Assembly (NCBI GenBank): GCA_000002435.2
Contig: CM018791.1
Origin: Giardia intestinalis
Lineage: Eukaryota
DNA: 64,000 bases
Strand: one strand, 5' to 3'
The notes under the pieces were generated by a model. It did not search any database. It saw only the letters and a list, made by a program, of their open reading frames with translations, and was not told the origin of the DNA. A program made the translations under genes and the position numbers. Shown here in pieces: positions 36,301 to 41,096 of this stretch (positions are counted from its first letter, which is position 1; each line of letters starts with the position of its first letter).

Positions 36301-36631
36301 AAGGTATTGCAGCGATGTGGTCTTCTAGTTCGACCACAAAGGATACATTCTTGATCAGTGCAGGCCACGGCCTGCGCACAGGATCTTCTAAGCCTGCCAC
36401 GGGAGGCCTGAAGTAGTGCTGCCGGCAGAGGCGCTCGATTGACACATCTCTTCTAAGCAATACCACTCTGCACTCGTAGCTGTCGTCCTGCCGAGGCTCT
36501 GAGTCTTCTCCAGAAGTTCTAAGTGAGAGCAACGCTGATAGCATTGTGTTGTTCTGCATTCCCCTGAGCGCCCGCGGAACCGTGACATGAGTCGGCGGCG
36601 GGGGCCGGTGCTTTGAACTGGATATGAACAT
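15329..36631 (-). CDS. Giant hypothetical protein, 7100 aa, single uninterrupted ORF; one Walker-A (P-loop) motif near the middle
   Basis: 21,303-bp ORF. ATG confirmed (cat at 36629-36631) with AT-rich upstream (caaataattgacATG). Walker A LALVGERGSGKTT is encoded at about 24698-24745. I recognise no other domain by eye. The stop TAG (15329-15331) is 1 bp from the stop of the convergent NTase gene. Confidence 0.7.
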   Translation of the reverse strand: MFISSSKHRPPPPTHVTVPRALRGMQNNTMLSALLSLRTSGEDSEPRQDDSYECRVVLLRRDVSIERLCRQHYFRPPVAGLEDPVRRPWPALIKNVSFVVELEDHIAAIPCYLPGNLVYANLSMGMGIVDITIDTLNGTFRKRMPTPLNRIFLLDDPGIDSFSELMLAPKTWRRDKKSVTKTLTNTEVKNLARMQLVQEQGPGYFQPGHPGGSAAHNIFEKVGEAQPILEEERPLEDASSYRDNCILQNLKLYLTHVYWAIQRQLQRSPLLKRALNQLLLTYARHLAYNERELLLEDLNKRSKGSILATSLTKSTGPTASLSLLPTKRSSSVLTSKDLIPSRSQAGVETDSFLLQNRSGLLKRSGERVGSVPKALPKLSCTRDDQGLEERDLTMTQLQSTHSTEPQKSPVRSQSQVTHSNPILRANSPALPARRSHLVQTIASNARIPLLPLSTKVDSRVIKMTQVLNAMLDDVRREEDSQKEALDDVVHDPERDFKLQLEEAYQRHISALENEFFLSVAAAQQRFHSRVFSVLENTPSVMKEHEIVVPKMGVLRPSLYTVGLSASATDVMPTSLIYEPTLPLGLFSHRIPTTSAWDCNLVLYGTEFSKRQSRLLSLRQTLAAQIRFQPCYVATAQPLIGNLVKISEALMDIFLDLSTLDQSNTRSCNLKIDNDGNIVLGSAHELIGRKDQLLEYTPVIEQTIASFIQYLDGMIAKINQHYEHIKFFESHDLFKERVDYFCNMDQLHDTRKKLSVEFAALRGSEDPCTIDNLIKTNDTIFIKALKYFLFYHTALVPYSIILATILIYYQYLHNHVVTKLEKDTQDSQEQGQEQDPEQSTKAASAATALATVKIYDATRIYFTLARMVASALNDLAERACHKVFMLALKPLKEFKYSDQGMQSISTLDDLSLIASRMYNYGFSRFDFVHNALFTQKSHLSFLYSADQQTISDMSRLDTVQTMPGAGLGAASSPEESFNPENYEDSLPQGGDAHDLKTIHRRRTDLTIETAMDVEGDEKMLSAQEALAAEHDIRTDKIAGCALACSEEDARLVSVPSVVTTVGYHYSFFDVLMTFSFNLSICVITGINWAAVERTHFDSIGFTYFANYMTRYSKQKFAISLQEQSMRFKVMAGYITAGEDKTNELQDEPLTEAEDDTMLNSIDARLELKEGYDVLLSLQKENKLIEIYDHTIADMYLDLPLVLMGNSAVVANRQDASNTNIGNVKRGPSASPASPMNFQPNDISNNSDAMTCGASLASDTYADILTQQRQRVLSRHYSKREESTSFSTDLLNTYTALLTHRKLSLLAIKERGVVTRLELSDRANEFSCLLDLTQDLFSDDFSPMSLMTSYREWFSTDKQIETLLSFDYERCLKIKEIKGLLLFGNHEQEFPLLDFSTPRSIIDKIENLRSIIVVFPDQFYASMITVSVRRMKENLLEALDYLEKHMINKLTEAIECFTKYILAELKFVSSLILSATTTPEKFQLVRDLHNKLSSDSACYIFSSLYDKFVLHYGTNYITLFPATYKKHLPALLEEPSRQFMKLAMLAKKHSQSISSRINAYADYVSAVDNWIAQIAFSIADGLKVIFTIDYPSFREARNAPLTFAEKYPILCKNFELKLLTLDDYHCASNHLQLDPFSSEPDSSVPEAHSAKDPSSSLNYAKASSFRTNHQFKKATASTVPSGEAHNPEGPEVLDESQSRDEESRMEHHAEATRFLLAPKESVASISLENTQVFERDFLQSLAVSCRFELHTKRISYSSLLKGFREIDGSETANNQRIICLRNNVPDSLSSKVPGHKYIFSTAKLYKRPVRKSTAPYQRNAERYDMRRILSEYKFILMELCCLIRLLDRWRVYLLAADCSTRLLEMPVYPSPFAMLKILAPIADISITLFDIDSCHNHYSERTLRSYPHIELLMAIDRVAYGIRQARKFAQEKFIDVHTNKIDILHLINKVIGPRYKDKIQLTDSSGSDMPFMARIRDMPDVAFSVSFEPWTEYLDNAENVLLLFVPPVTLLHQVSSDSLRPIHLQRITSFTGVFVEKTFSVKPQLLLDAFEKNNELLDFVLVLVQNASIDKQALRELKQIERALYSIRIDKTYALSVGTSSFATNDRSMGWKNAIDFAIITPANAEEICREALVTISLVLNNLGYVGTRYIDYTQSFDINLAYVASKSTILTARYLSEAFDAHRQYLQQWRYTQNVEEYARDLEALAQLMLFLITIFKRMPFVLQDLLTYQANANLINFTGPQETLFTNYHKKIIKDVAAPGDASPSPNQLAKRFGGAELTEAERAKLATRLKTEQGRKAFTVNILSKQDITTLQAACAAWRDVITKYCSVEEIMKKKSLGARILRNISTARSMSTSVPFLCIVINMNVLKTLSKHMLEVDAIHKRIHFYQDFAILQSFQDLATKSSTTTTFSPYYSVKTSDPETLSIGPRKFIPWSNGKNFPSALFCSSVCQVFCGCFPLKKSLFKLVTSLSYEVFHGMDEYLIDSSSIRGSIINGIRSGDESLMFTTPVEAPNVIYLVPDAVAAETRASFVDAVKKAWDEFAVAYMKFTGKGLHGEAPPEGFFTYLHLEQMAQSVSQSASSVTKSAPINEELERNKQKLASSPMIRDPDGFSNYLKTNLFRAVIIAISTWLLEKTRSLLFRFALVKNPTYNDLAELLDFFQNLILAVKINSMQKNPIYVKVFIQHMADWCEYLQDLKKILRGDDLNRILSMNNSITFTVYNPTTHDLYVTSSLSEFLITYGPHWIGAPTPLDIISAIPLQYRYAATSIVNGFSMGLPVFLLTAATRSIYTQEPTKLVLHTCHLLGRRLVCVCVAEFTFVKCLQRITACLCAGYVVLVFGLQYLPTPQILELVELSHSLRRKAGPLETLCVTHEISAAEKKKAIKSKLFFGSPELNYIQSRVTVKIADFSDFSDHGLLIFHLPELAPIITADKFFFAQKEEHEANPESQTSTTDPGPQSGGEELSKVQDNYAAVYHLTEHGKSCINAFKHSELVYLEFDQPESSFKKVSPEYYHTFCELNNFLASMGPLSCRLLASDVQMIYSRAKDKSDTSCVAAVTLDYILRQTGSFLSLKATRHELRSLTTVYSQFVCAAFGLDKMNSMHIGRLARNFLGTVESARVHLGLKYAETGDTYEMDKAKNAPIKQVSFLKYYTDSLSRYLSQQFQWYINMFSQAHQLSLQTVYDVLFCNDLLRSYKPVLVVVPQISYLKTFASILAAVRGWRMHYCFNATSVYSAHKAIQAIDLSDSIANDKPVQEHLIVIAPSNVSAFLQMFEIIISVSLGFPVLTDDKNLSQIQIDVTHGPHYLIVFSPSFLPDIIGYPLIKSICHRLILLPSIEGADGSKKICQGSLHIEEAQLLSLVHRNHMLWKRDLDAALEGMEHVNQYGDDPASPLSCALESVVTNYRSILLHSSLKDRLLITAEKRISALPTFVKGVISFYYDVITKIFGYGRSIEEVYLLRSIIYFNLCRNGVVTPRKRRLQNDFLKEICTVSDKFDQNTASACVQRISEVAMGQRGRDINAMTRILGAQYLTTTQMHEKSQKAGKHKSENTYVGHLSSDANVLQVKRKQLFVLGNLMQSRVRVSDDLYPFSEVAGFSKNTLMSLEAQMKKLTAEAGNSANVSEIINHTVLLNAENDIIPFGIGFQGSLSFGFTEKYLNEAFFHPKKHMTAFINICTPFFCAIWNACSLFYLTFTASSNWERLLAQGPKTAHDLLLKRYTKVIAELSELQKVSHGTFCSMIAAIVLILSEADQSLPSLKRECLASYTVSQKLSLAKLNHGLTNEQLMTGIRNTMQEVTHIVPKYMSGDTFSYLDYKFGINKEKKSKHYNHFHARVEFRTYKVGEGLLNNVILDADKVSLEKNILYIAEKTLCLRRKQAYEARLNKDTEEQANEAKGESGDDDDDLARGMAAKRQQKREKSDINEIILDKDRGERPSLHSLLDSPIYFDSHRAAILVVLGCAMLSPISLALVGERGSGKTTILDAAKILVRDMVDTNMILLSDLHSDSSTFSVLTGIAQKFTLRRAAQSSANRHSSTTAAIHDEDSNMILDYYSSLSFPSFHLHCSDCRSAEISEHIALLLRDHVILMDVAEKDVVLRKSYSQMPSSVILPNSIYPETLQSFKTGCASLSDCSFIIECDRFNTEIAQNAALTIKMPPLTEPFLRSLFLKVYPHHTESWIFQFINGYFLIKGSLPVGLINSFTVFDRLKNYNSFLMKDPADISDDMLATIEAYQTMGKHPGRLPPDSITSIIKANRDRELSNANIHSLFGALRNLSETNLVVLQGIIERFASLSILGYLDDEADNSGEDQLTALHKQQLAQKSQASSTTPWSDARLLVKGNFILVTAWERYVLNQSINYMTARREQGGTQTGTGMQQTATNKTLDTANIQITTKSTKSDIADAQASTFRLGNQYMINTLISHHVTEVDLRDSPVNLFKTLVDRSSFLSLNYRSTNPFWFVHLMSMVKLYGQDLDPFITCRALEAFLVIATRRELNLAKLNCLLTYGISIRSGGSMSSLYGEDPIFPTRLQILKHASIYAARILAYTKVATTGVPKDSSATDILTDPQQIAASLYSSDMSQEDREVITEVVDSLENEVKVAEDIARQEHEDGDEQTQFDGFPLLTMLSMKPNKAIIRIDNAPSNSYNQLVRLFAALGNYTILSSDRFKQTLTEMNRAAADEDPDDAQSEISKGSSRSKLSSMSAATSAVGLSETGKKSSQQRILIDVTTILSHLDGQTVLRTKRPPRGDRKEPKENLDLIDNLKKMIAELQSTSLYNSDTLDFLALIMILRVSFAMALGIKPEILLTAKSSANTVSPSLLNLGFSVNSALTTSLPSRVIGTGRGISQLPFAVMSWSEYLIKIEQYSKLLLEDHVNLDEVDVAPQGHDANKQVTRDTIMSKCLLHSPMNVLIMTPMSTLMRTSPTGVTAYSLLCRSLEPLNILQSIFDEEEIQCLCNLATFGLGLDIVADSRVLVSILSLTLSVVIIDDFPLNCADKIFSKDIMVVSSSECMRAKVLGSVKSPILELVTNLVDLHKEMRLSRATKKLEDAAQAQAKMAEKTDSKLTLVRPQVPDAPVQMKNFLEIMLQKRLHECNVNIVAMDKLDLFSLFQLSDCKLPTEVVLPTKVSVDWPLFHHTFMVASVGVYRFCSTNSINACPSMSVFTHLASQICNTILLKVADFMSILNTLFIALRLYEALASPSKTKPKTIDVTELSPDSVAKTIDQAVKAQVSQDDKNSDSASKRQRDLLTAIAEAVVMRDLIHTCIDALKTDFRIMAAAARSAALDSVAIAASLLFSIPGLVTEGTARDALLGGVFGDIPMKLLKLLDQSSTTANISCFNVMIVALYSSLGFSVDFPDPEAKKVDFNENSPTMICNATLQYGQFAFMGHLVELLGADWPILMLLKGFRIPWSMGDPAMLGLYSVAIRYITGSTVFCVDETLGVAAACFLEACKKQEAQGTLYYEQVASVIVHGMNPTNPRLNDVTNLLADLQKRVLVIDMRIPPREFSATLARGLSTGEYTFLFINMESRNTDTSNYTTLRKFMVLRSRKTIGKRQTIAIGSVTAITAQALHKYTIIFALSQGMSLGDVLINAGLFTQHFINTIAVCTHYSSPNRVALADTEMMLLQSQKHIMSQIFLESIFGESEGIRSRNERYRLNNVRFSRMINLASDQVKSYLMVHVLSLSTDKVSQMGTSFIRSADPTVAKREMEQAAMNQMVTQLTGSSDSIQHVCFAASFVLHASSSRKTEVSQLLSALKGLILLQQERCSMLSKDKEKEYKLVDTPVNIRCAIFDIVNTYGQALCDDIALAVNAIIYYLRKISAYHLPALIGYSRDFFIIFKITLVKAVSSFQGHLKEKYAKDPRFQHDFSEEYMLQNGLVSMQDENILAFCIRYDPGTLKNFLMSVMIPTLEARLINVFPPELSAGIWHLIHILFSTAIGDLSGISKERPYSINPLMENVTAPALSLFAVLRSSIKDITRLLTTQQIMGAFYMKSKFALTKIDADNADADVLNNIKHLIPEVTSMSPKVVMSWIFFCLLGRYNPVIANSLTWFLKHHAAFVCFSRCEQPFASVLAFYARANMAAGQHSTELTIKGAKDTEKKTALQQWYSSLMQDAMASNYQVFKLPPMLAKQDSQSFFAIFSLSNALKPELIIDTFEAMAVMLEKRCGPSAWQLSATMSVNAPKGLTGHFRSDMKISSAAERGELVQTYLQAMGLSFRNLLTFVGLPTKTSVGKDIEMPPDLASDCVMQLYDAYTFSFRVLERYNAKVQEIDADPQILKDKKMQHIMAMGPSPIQVTLIFFDKIISIDHVFTFIHLLPSNPYRTVRANFAKHLSFQDIIESITVAVADPALGGAALLQDVINILRQKLSIRKYDITYPIFIFVPSSSLFPSALNANHSSSPALTHLDSEHFTSLLYEISILTVPNYIYIQHPGTLSKAFVHYLNLCMVGITLLIMICFKVIDLEAVPNFQPPITMRGIVLLALKHSFLSYQSTIFMDDTRLFYKLKKVLLRAVTKQVQKYDKTSFKSCAFVNLTLLRDNSAILMNRVDSKQYKRVAKVIYSLNFGQLEALSKIIPTRLVVSEQQVHDEVVMRLLKETMRAKAQKAAKKKLRLAGSSDSEEDELSSSTSITESTLSLESSKASTQLTGMDGDGREGDFVGFDDGESIAGSDNLSSRGSSITTRSRGTSILRNNQGVQSAARCEEDDIYENLLVTIQIAAGDLTDERPIDTKKIEGTVRKLVEIEHRSLNTVTIPNLAAERASGTTRAGKFTEWLDILPFYNDISDLLDLVQQLRLYAYSTEETSDLQISRQKRYLVSAAQHSLPQEFYYRHLFSSNTTLNTLSTVVNPNFPSTMKIVNAARKTDLSKMTSALRTYVMAHEDFKRIPFGSPSRNLSSMYILKHIIPNVGLPDMFTVDGNVGFGSFPTHWIINVSTYGPILGDILNFVRMHSAVLTSTPINRQRIVVSIKKPSYMPQIREDGTIDTETKGTDRQNQCPFYVVLRNLELFRISYDAVLETVCADTVERAHGYNNCLELYAYCVVTNNTTTRQTSIAGSHRHTYLRVPANMVPVPIKIGGRIQPVVYLPNKTSISSEEWLEHNPFFGVRFI

Positions 36632-36667
36632 GTCAATTATTTGATATCTGAATTACAATTCACTGTT
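36632..36667 (-). promoter_or_regulatory. 36-bp spacer carrying the ADI poly(A) signal (AGTGAAT, plus-strand 36658-36664) and the AT-rich initiator of the 7100-aa gene
   Basis: Minus strand reads TGA-a-ACAGTGAATtgtaattcagatatcaaataattgac-ATG. Confidence 0.6.
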
Positions 36668-38410
36668 TCACTTGATATCGACGCAGATGTCAGCCTGCTC
36701 CAGGCCCAGATAACGCGTATAGGCTGCAGGTGCACCCTCAACCGCCTTGGGAGTAAAGGGCGTGAGCTGCGGGATCTTGTCCAGGACGGCCTTCAGAGAC
36801 CCGGCCTTGGCGGCACCCTTCAGGCTGACAACAGGCATCGACGGCATCCTCCACGTGATGTAAGGGACCCTTCCCTCAGATACGAGCTTTTGGTAGAGCC
36901 CGTACGCATCTGCGATGATCTCCCTGCTGGGAGCAGCATCATCTCTCAAGTTGATCTTCAGACCATCAATAAGGTCGTCCACGCTTGAGGGAATGTAGAT
37001 CACGCAATCAAACTTCTTCCCCGCCGCATCAACTGGCTCGCCATTCTTCTCATATATGGCGGCAATTCCGTCACCCTCCTGCTCACACGCCTTGACGGCA
37101 GCAGGGGCCAGCGGCGTGCGGTAAACAACCTGAGATGCGCAGTGCAGAGAGCCGTACATGCGGGTGATTCCTCGGAACGGAACGTAAACTAGATCGAGCC
37201 CGTTCGGCAAGTTGTTTGATTTGCAGTATGAGATGTACGCAGGATCTGCCTTGATGAAGTCCACTGTTGGTTGGTGGACGCTGAGGACGCAGTTGTTTCC
37301 CAGATTGAGATTATTGCAGCCATATGCAAGCTGGTACTCATGAGGAATGCGGACGATCGTGTAACCATTTTCGCTGAGCCACTGCTGGAACTCAACATTT
37401 GCCTTCGCCAAGACGTAATTTCCACAAGTGACTGCGGAGCTCTTTGCTTTTTTCACTGCATCAGCACCGACATCAATCCACTCGTCGACGTACCTCAGGC
37501 CCATCCCGGAGCAAATATAGTCATCGAGCACCACTAGCTTGTCGTGGAGGACGCTGAAGGTGCAGTCAAGGTGCATACGGTCCTGGTGCTGATCAAAGCA
37601 GTCCTTGACGACAGCAAACCGCCGGGTCCCGAGGAGATCTTTAGACATAAGATACTGCGCTCCGACATAGGTGCTGCGCAAGCCCACACCCATCATCGCC
37701 AGCCCGGGCGACACAGGCACGAAGTCCCCACCCTCGAGCATGCAGTGCGGTCCTCCCTCACGGCAGTCTCCCACGACGCGGGCCCCGAGGCGCTTCCAGA
37801 AGATCAGGGCCAGGACCTGCTCGCGCCTCCTCTGCGGCGCCTGAAACTGGCCCATGACTATTCCGCGCCGGGTGGTTATCTGCTGGTCACGCATAAAGAC
37901 CATGTTATTGCTATCGTGGATCTCCACAGAGTTGGTAACGAGAGCCGTGTTGCGGACACCAGGAGCTAGGTGGATGACGGGCTCGGATAAAATCACGTCT
38001 ACAAGGTTTCTGGTCGACAGGGCCGAAAGGACCTTGCGTTTGTACTCGTCCGAAACACAGTACTTCATCTTGGGGGTGATGCGTGCACCTGTGGCATGGA
38101 GCTCGTACTTCAGCGAGGCCATTGCTTGATCCATGAGGACCTCCCTCTCAGCCGGAGAGGCCTCGGAGAGGACGTCGTACGGCATATAAACCCGGCACCC
38201 CTTCTCCTTGAGAACGGCCTGGAAGCCCTCGTGATCGCGTCTGAGCTCGTCGGGGCATATGGGCTCCTCAAGCAAGTTCCCCTCGGGGTTGAGAGAGGTC
38301 AAGAACGACGTTCCCTGAGGGAGGTGCACGACGACTATCTCTGCGCGCTCGTTCTCTCCCCCCTGGGTTGCCTGTGCAAGCTTCTCTTTATCCTTGGAGA
38401 AGTCAGTCAT
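36668..38410 (-). CDS. ADI: Arginine deiminase (arginine dihydrolase pathway), 580 aa with a long C-terminal extension
   Basis: Guanidino-modifying fold signatures. Catalytic Cys in MYGSLHCASQ, at residue about 424 from codon position. The 580-aa length matches the known Giardia enzyme. ATG confirmed. AGTGAAT poly(A) signal 3 nt after the TGA stop. Confidence 0.9.
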   Translation of the reverse strand: MTDFSKDKEKLAQATQGGENERAEIVVVHLPQGTSFLTSLNPEGNLLEEPICPDELRRDHEGFQAVLKEKGCRVYMPYDVLSEASPAEREVLMDQAMASLKYELHATGARITPKMKYCVSDEYKRKVLSALSTRNLVDVILSEPVIHLAPGVRNTALVTNSVEIHDSNNMVFMRDQQITTRRGIVMGQFQAPQRRREQVLALIFWKRLGARVVGDCREGGPHCMLEGGDFVPVSPGLAMMGVGLRSTYVGAQYLMSKDLLGTRRFAVVKDCFDQHQDRMHLDCTFSVLHDKLVVLDDYICSGMGLRYVDEWIDVGADAVKKAKSSAVTCGNYVLAKANVEFQQWLSENGYTIVRIPHEYQLAYGCNNLNLGNNCVLSVHQPTVDFIKADPAYISYCKSNNLPNGLDLVYVPFRGITRMYGSLHCASQVVYRTPLAPAAVKACEQEGDGIAAIYEKNGEPVDAAGKKFDCVIYIPSSVDDLIDGLKINLRDDAAPSREIIADAYGLYQKLVSEGRVPYITWRMPSMPVVSLKGAAKAGSLKAVLDKIPQLTPFTPKAVEGAPAAYTRYLGLEQADICVDIK

Positions 38411-38608
38411 GTACTAGGATTTTTTTCTCCGGAAGTTTACACACCTCACGTGTAGACGTTTAGCTCTTCTCAAAAAGCATATAATAAATATATTAAATGC
38501 CAGGTTGGCGTTTTTCTATTGGCAGTTACACGCCGCGTTTCGCAGCCTCCCCCAATCCTCTTTGAATCTCTTTGACCGGTGTCGGTGGATCTACAGTTAC
38601 AGACCACA

Positions 38609-38615
38609 GTTTACT
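38609..38615 (-). promoter_or_regulatory. Possible poly(A) signal AGTAAAC for the 760-aa ankyrin gene
   Basis: Minus-strand tacAGTAAACtgtgg, about 70 nt after the stop. This is further than usual, so confidence is low. Confidence 0.3.
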
Positions 38616-38684
38616 GTATAACCTCCCCTAAGTGAGGACGTGATGGACCTTAAGGGGCTCGAGGACCCCTCCGCCCCAATGCAA

Positions 38685-40967
38685 TCAAAGAACGCGGGGG
38701 TGTCTGTCTTCCCACTGGCTTCCACTACCTCTGGCCATCCAAGGATTCGGCCTATCCAAGGACGAATTGTTTCTGTCGGTGATGGCAGAGTATATCGGAT
38801 CCGAGTAGGGCTGTTCATGTCTCAGATGCGAGGGCTGCGCAGTGTGCGCCCTGTCAGTAAATGAAGTGCTTGTCAGTAACGACGGCGGGTCGAAGTGCGC
38901 CTGCGAGTCATTGTGGACCTCTGGATTCGCGTGGGCGGGATTAAAGTTGGTTCCGCGCGAGGTATACTCATTGTAGTCATCCGCCTGATTGGTGAAGGTG
39001 GTGCGCAAAGAAGCTTCACGAGGAACGTCTTTTGTTATGGGCGCAGGATGATCGTACTCTGTGTGAGACTCAAATGATGTCTTAATCTCATAGGGGTGCT
39101 CCACTTCCGCGGTCGAGTTGTAGAGGCTCTGGTGATCGCTAGCTTTACCGGACCCATACGAATCATTAGCGTTTCTAATGGTTGTATCGCGGCTCGCAGA
39201 CCTGCTTGTGTTAAAAGAGTGGTACGATCCGTTGGGCGTTGGATCGACAATCGGCCTAAGGCGACGACGGCGAGATGTAGAGAGCTCCGACATGGCCTGC
39301 ATATTCCTCATGCTATTATCAAGGCCAAAGCTGTTTGTTAGGCTTCTGTCACCACTCCTATCGCCATCTCTATCCTTGTCCTGTGTGCGTTCTAATTCAG
39401 TTCGCGAACGTGTTGTGTGCGATTGACTTCGAGAAGTAGAACGATCACGAAGCGTTCCTGTACGTCCATTTGGACTGTAAGTCTTTGTTGTCGTTGTCAC
39501 GGTGGTAACCTCTCTAACTATGTTGCTTTGATCAGCCATCGTTGAATCGTAGAGTCCGCTACTATTGGCACTAGCATGCATAGAATCGCTGGACAGATGC
39601 TGATTTGTGCGAGAGCGATGAGAGGTCAGGGCGCGCCTCTCTGTGGACTTGTTAGAAGCTGAGGTAGCCGACATTCCGTGGTAGTCAGATGTAGCCGAAT
39701 TTGGTGCTGCCCTCATAGTGCGTTGACGAAATACGAAATCAGGCTCTGTTTGAGGCATAAGTGGAGACTTTTCTCCCATGTACATCCTGTACGTCTTTAG
39801 TTGATCGGTTCTGCTGTCAAGAAGACTCTGCGTTTTCTGAAGCTTCTCAAGAGCCTTTTCATAGTCATCCTTCAGCCCGACAATAGAGGTGACCTGGTTC
39901 ATTTCTCTTTGTCTTTCTGCGCGCATGTCCTTTATCTGTCGTTCAAGCTCCTTGATGTAGGCAGCATTCTGCATCATTTCTGCGTTGATTCGATCACAGA
40001 TGTCTTCTGACGTCAGATTGTAACCTGTGTGGCTCTTGAAGACAGGGCTTCTTATGATGTACTCCAGCGCTGCAGCCTTCGTGCGCAGCTGTGCATTCTC
40101 CTCCTCGAGATCATAGATGTTTGACTTGTCTTTCTTAGCTGATGTTTTTGTTTTGCCCTTGCTGGTGTTTATTTGCGAATTAGCAGTCACTGAGGCCAGT
40201 TCCTCCAGTTGACTTTGTATGCGGTGCATATGATCGACGAAGCGGCTTATCAACAGATTAGAAGGCTCTGGACCCCCGTTGAACGTATTGAGGTAATAGT
40301 TCCGATCCTCGCCCATCACTTCTTGAAGACAGGTTCTAAAGCTAGCAATCTCTTTGTTAAGGTTCTCCACTTCAAAGGTGAGGTCAGGGACATCTGATTC
40401 TTGGCCTGTCAGGTGCTGCAAGGCAAGCCTGAGAAGTTTAGGTGCAAACATGTTCTTGCACTCTCCTGCCGTGCGGATCGCCTGGCGAATGTCGTCGGGC
40501 CTGAAGATACCAGAAAATCCCAGAGATATGACAATCCCTTGCTTCATAGACATGACTGCGTAGTCAAGAGCAGTGCGGTTGCTCTGGTCCTGCTCCCTAG
40601 TGCCGTATTTGAGCATAATATTGATAGAGTTAATGGCCCCAGCATGGGCCGCAACCATAAAGGCTGTCTTACCATCTGGCATGGTGTCCTTGTGCTCGAA
40701 GGGGGCCAAGATCTCTACCAGGCCCGCGTGGTCTGCTTCGCATGCCATCATCAATGCAGTAGAATGAGACGTCTGACTAAGTATTCCGCACTCCTTGGGA
40801 GCCAAGATTTTTACGGTTTCTGCGTCTCCCTGTCGCACTGCACACATCAAGCCCGTCTCACCGAAAGTGTTCCTCTTCCCCGCACATTCTTTCAAGTGCA
40901 CACTGACAACATCGTGTCGCCGCGTAGAAATCGCATGGAACCAATCTTGGGAAGAAAAGGTGGGCAT
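38685..40967 (-). CDS. Ankyrin-repeat plus coiled-coil protein (760 aa) with an S/T/R/D-rich low-complexity C-terminus; Giardia 21.1-like
   Basis: N-terminal TALM-type ankyrin repeats. Central heptad-rich region (EEENAQLRTKAAALEYI, IKELERQIKDMRAERQ). C-terminal DRDGDRSGDRS-like low complexity. ATG confirmed (cat at 40965-40967). Confidence 0.65.
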   Translation of the reverse strand: MPTFSSQDWFHAISTRRHDVVSVHLKECAGKRNTFGETGLMCAVRQGDAETVKILAPKECGILSQTSHSTALMMACEADHAGLVEILAPFEHKDTMPDGKTAFMVAAHAGAINSINIMLKYGTREQDQSNRTALDYAVMSMKQGIVISLGFSGIFRPDDIRQAIRTAGECKNMFAPKLLRLALQHLTGQESDVPDLTFEVENLNKEIASFRTCLQEVMGEDRNYYLNTFNGGPEPSNLLISRFVDHMHRIQSQLEELASVTANSQINTSKGKTKTSAKKDKSNIYDLEEENAQLRTKAAALEYIIRSPVFKSHTGYNLTSEDICDRINAEMMQNAAYIKELERQIKDMRAERQREMNQVTSIVGLKDDYEKALEKLQKTQSLLDSRTDQLKTYRMYMGEKSPLMPQTEPDFVFRQRTMRAAPNSATSDYHGMSATSASNKSTERRALTSHRSRTNQHLSSDSMHASANSSGLYDSTMADQSNIVREVTTVTTTTKTYSPNGRTGTLRDRSTSRSQSHTTRSRTELERTQDKDRDGDRSGDRSLTNSFGLDNSMRNMQAMSELSTSRRRRLRPIVDPTPNGSYHSFNTSRSASRDTTIRNANDSYGSGKASDHQSLYNSTAEVEHPYEIKTSFESHTEYDHPAPITKDVPREASLRTTFTNQADDYNEYTSRGTNFNPAHANPEVHNDSQAHFDPPSLLTSTSFTDRAHTAQPSHLRHEQPYSDPIYSAITDRNNSSLDRPNPWMARGSGSQWEDRHPRVL

Positions 40968-41096
40968 GGAGACAATAAACTTTTTTGGCGGGATTAAGTA
41001 AAGGTCGCCTCAGAAGTCAGATAATACAGATTACTTAAAGATTTACACTGAGCAAGTATACACCCCGGCAGGATTGCAGAAAACCCTACGTCGGCT

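Noticed and set aside
36641-36988. 115-aa plus-strand ORF starting in the ADI 3' region.
   Set aside because: It overlaps the ADI C-terminal coding sequence in antisense and lies in a poly(A)/initiator spacer.
40401-40997. 198-aa plus-strand ORF overlapping the 5' half of the 760-aa ankyrin gene.
   Set aside because: Out-of-frame overlap with a gene bearing clear ankyrin repeats, and no independent support.
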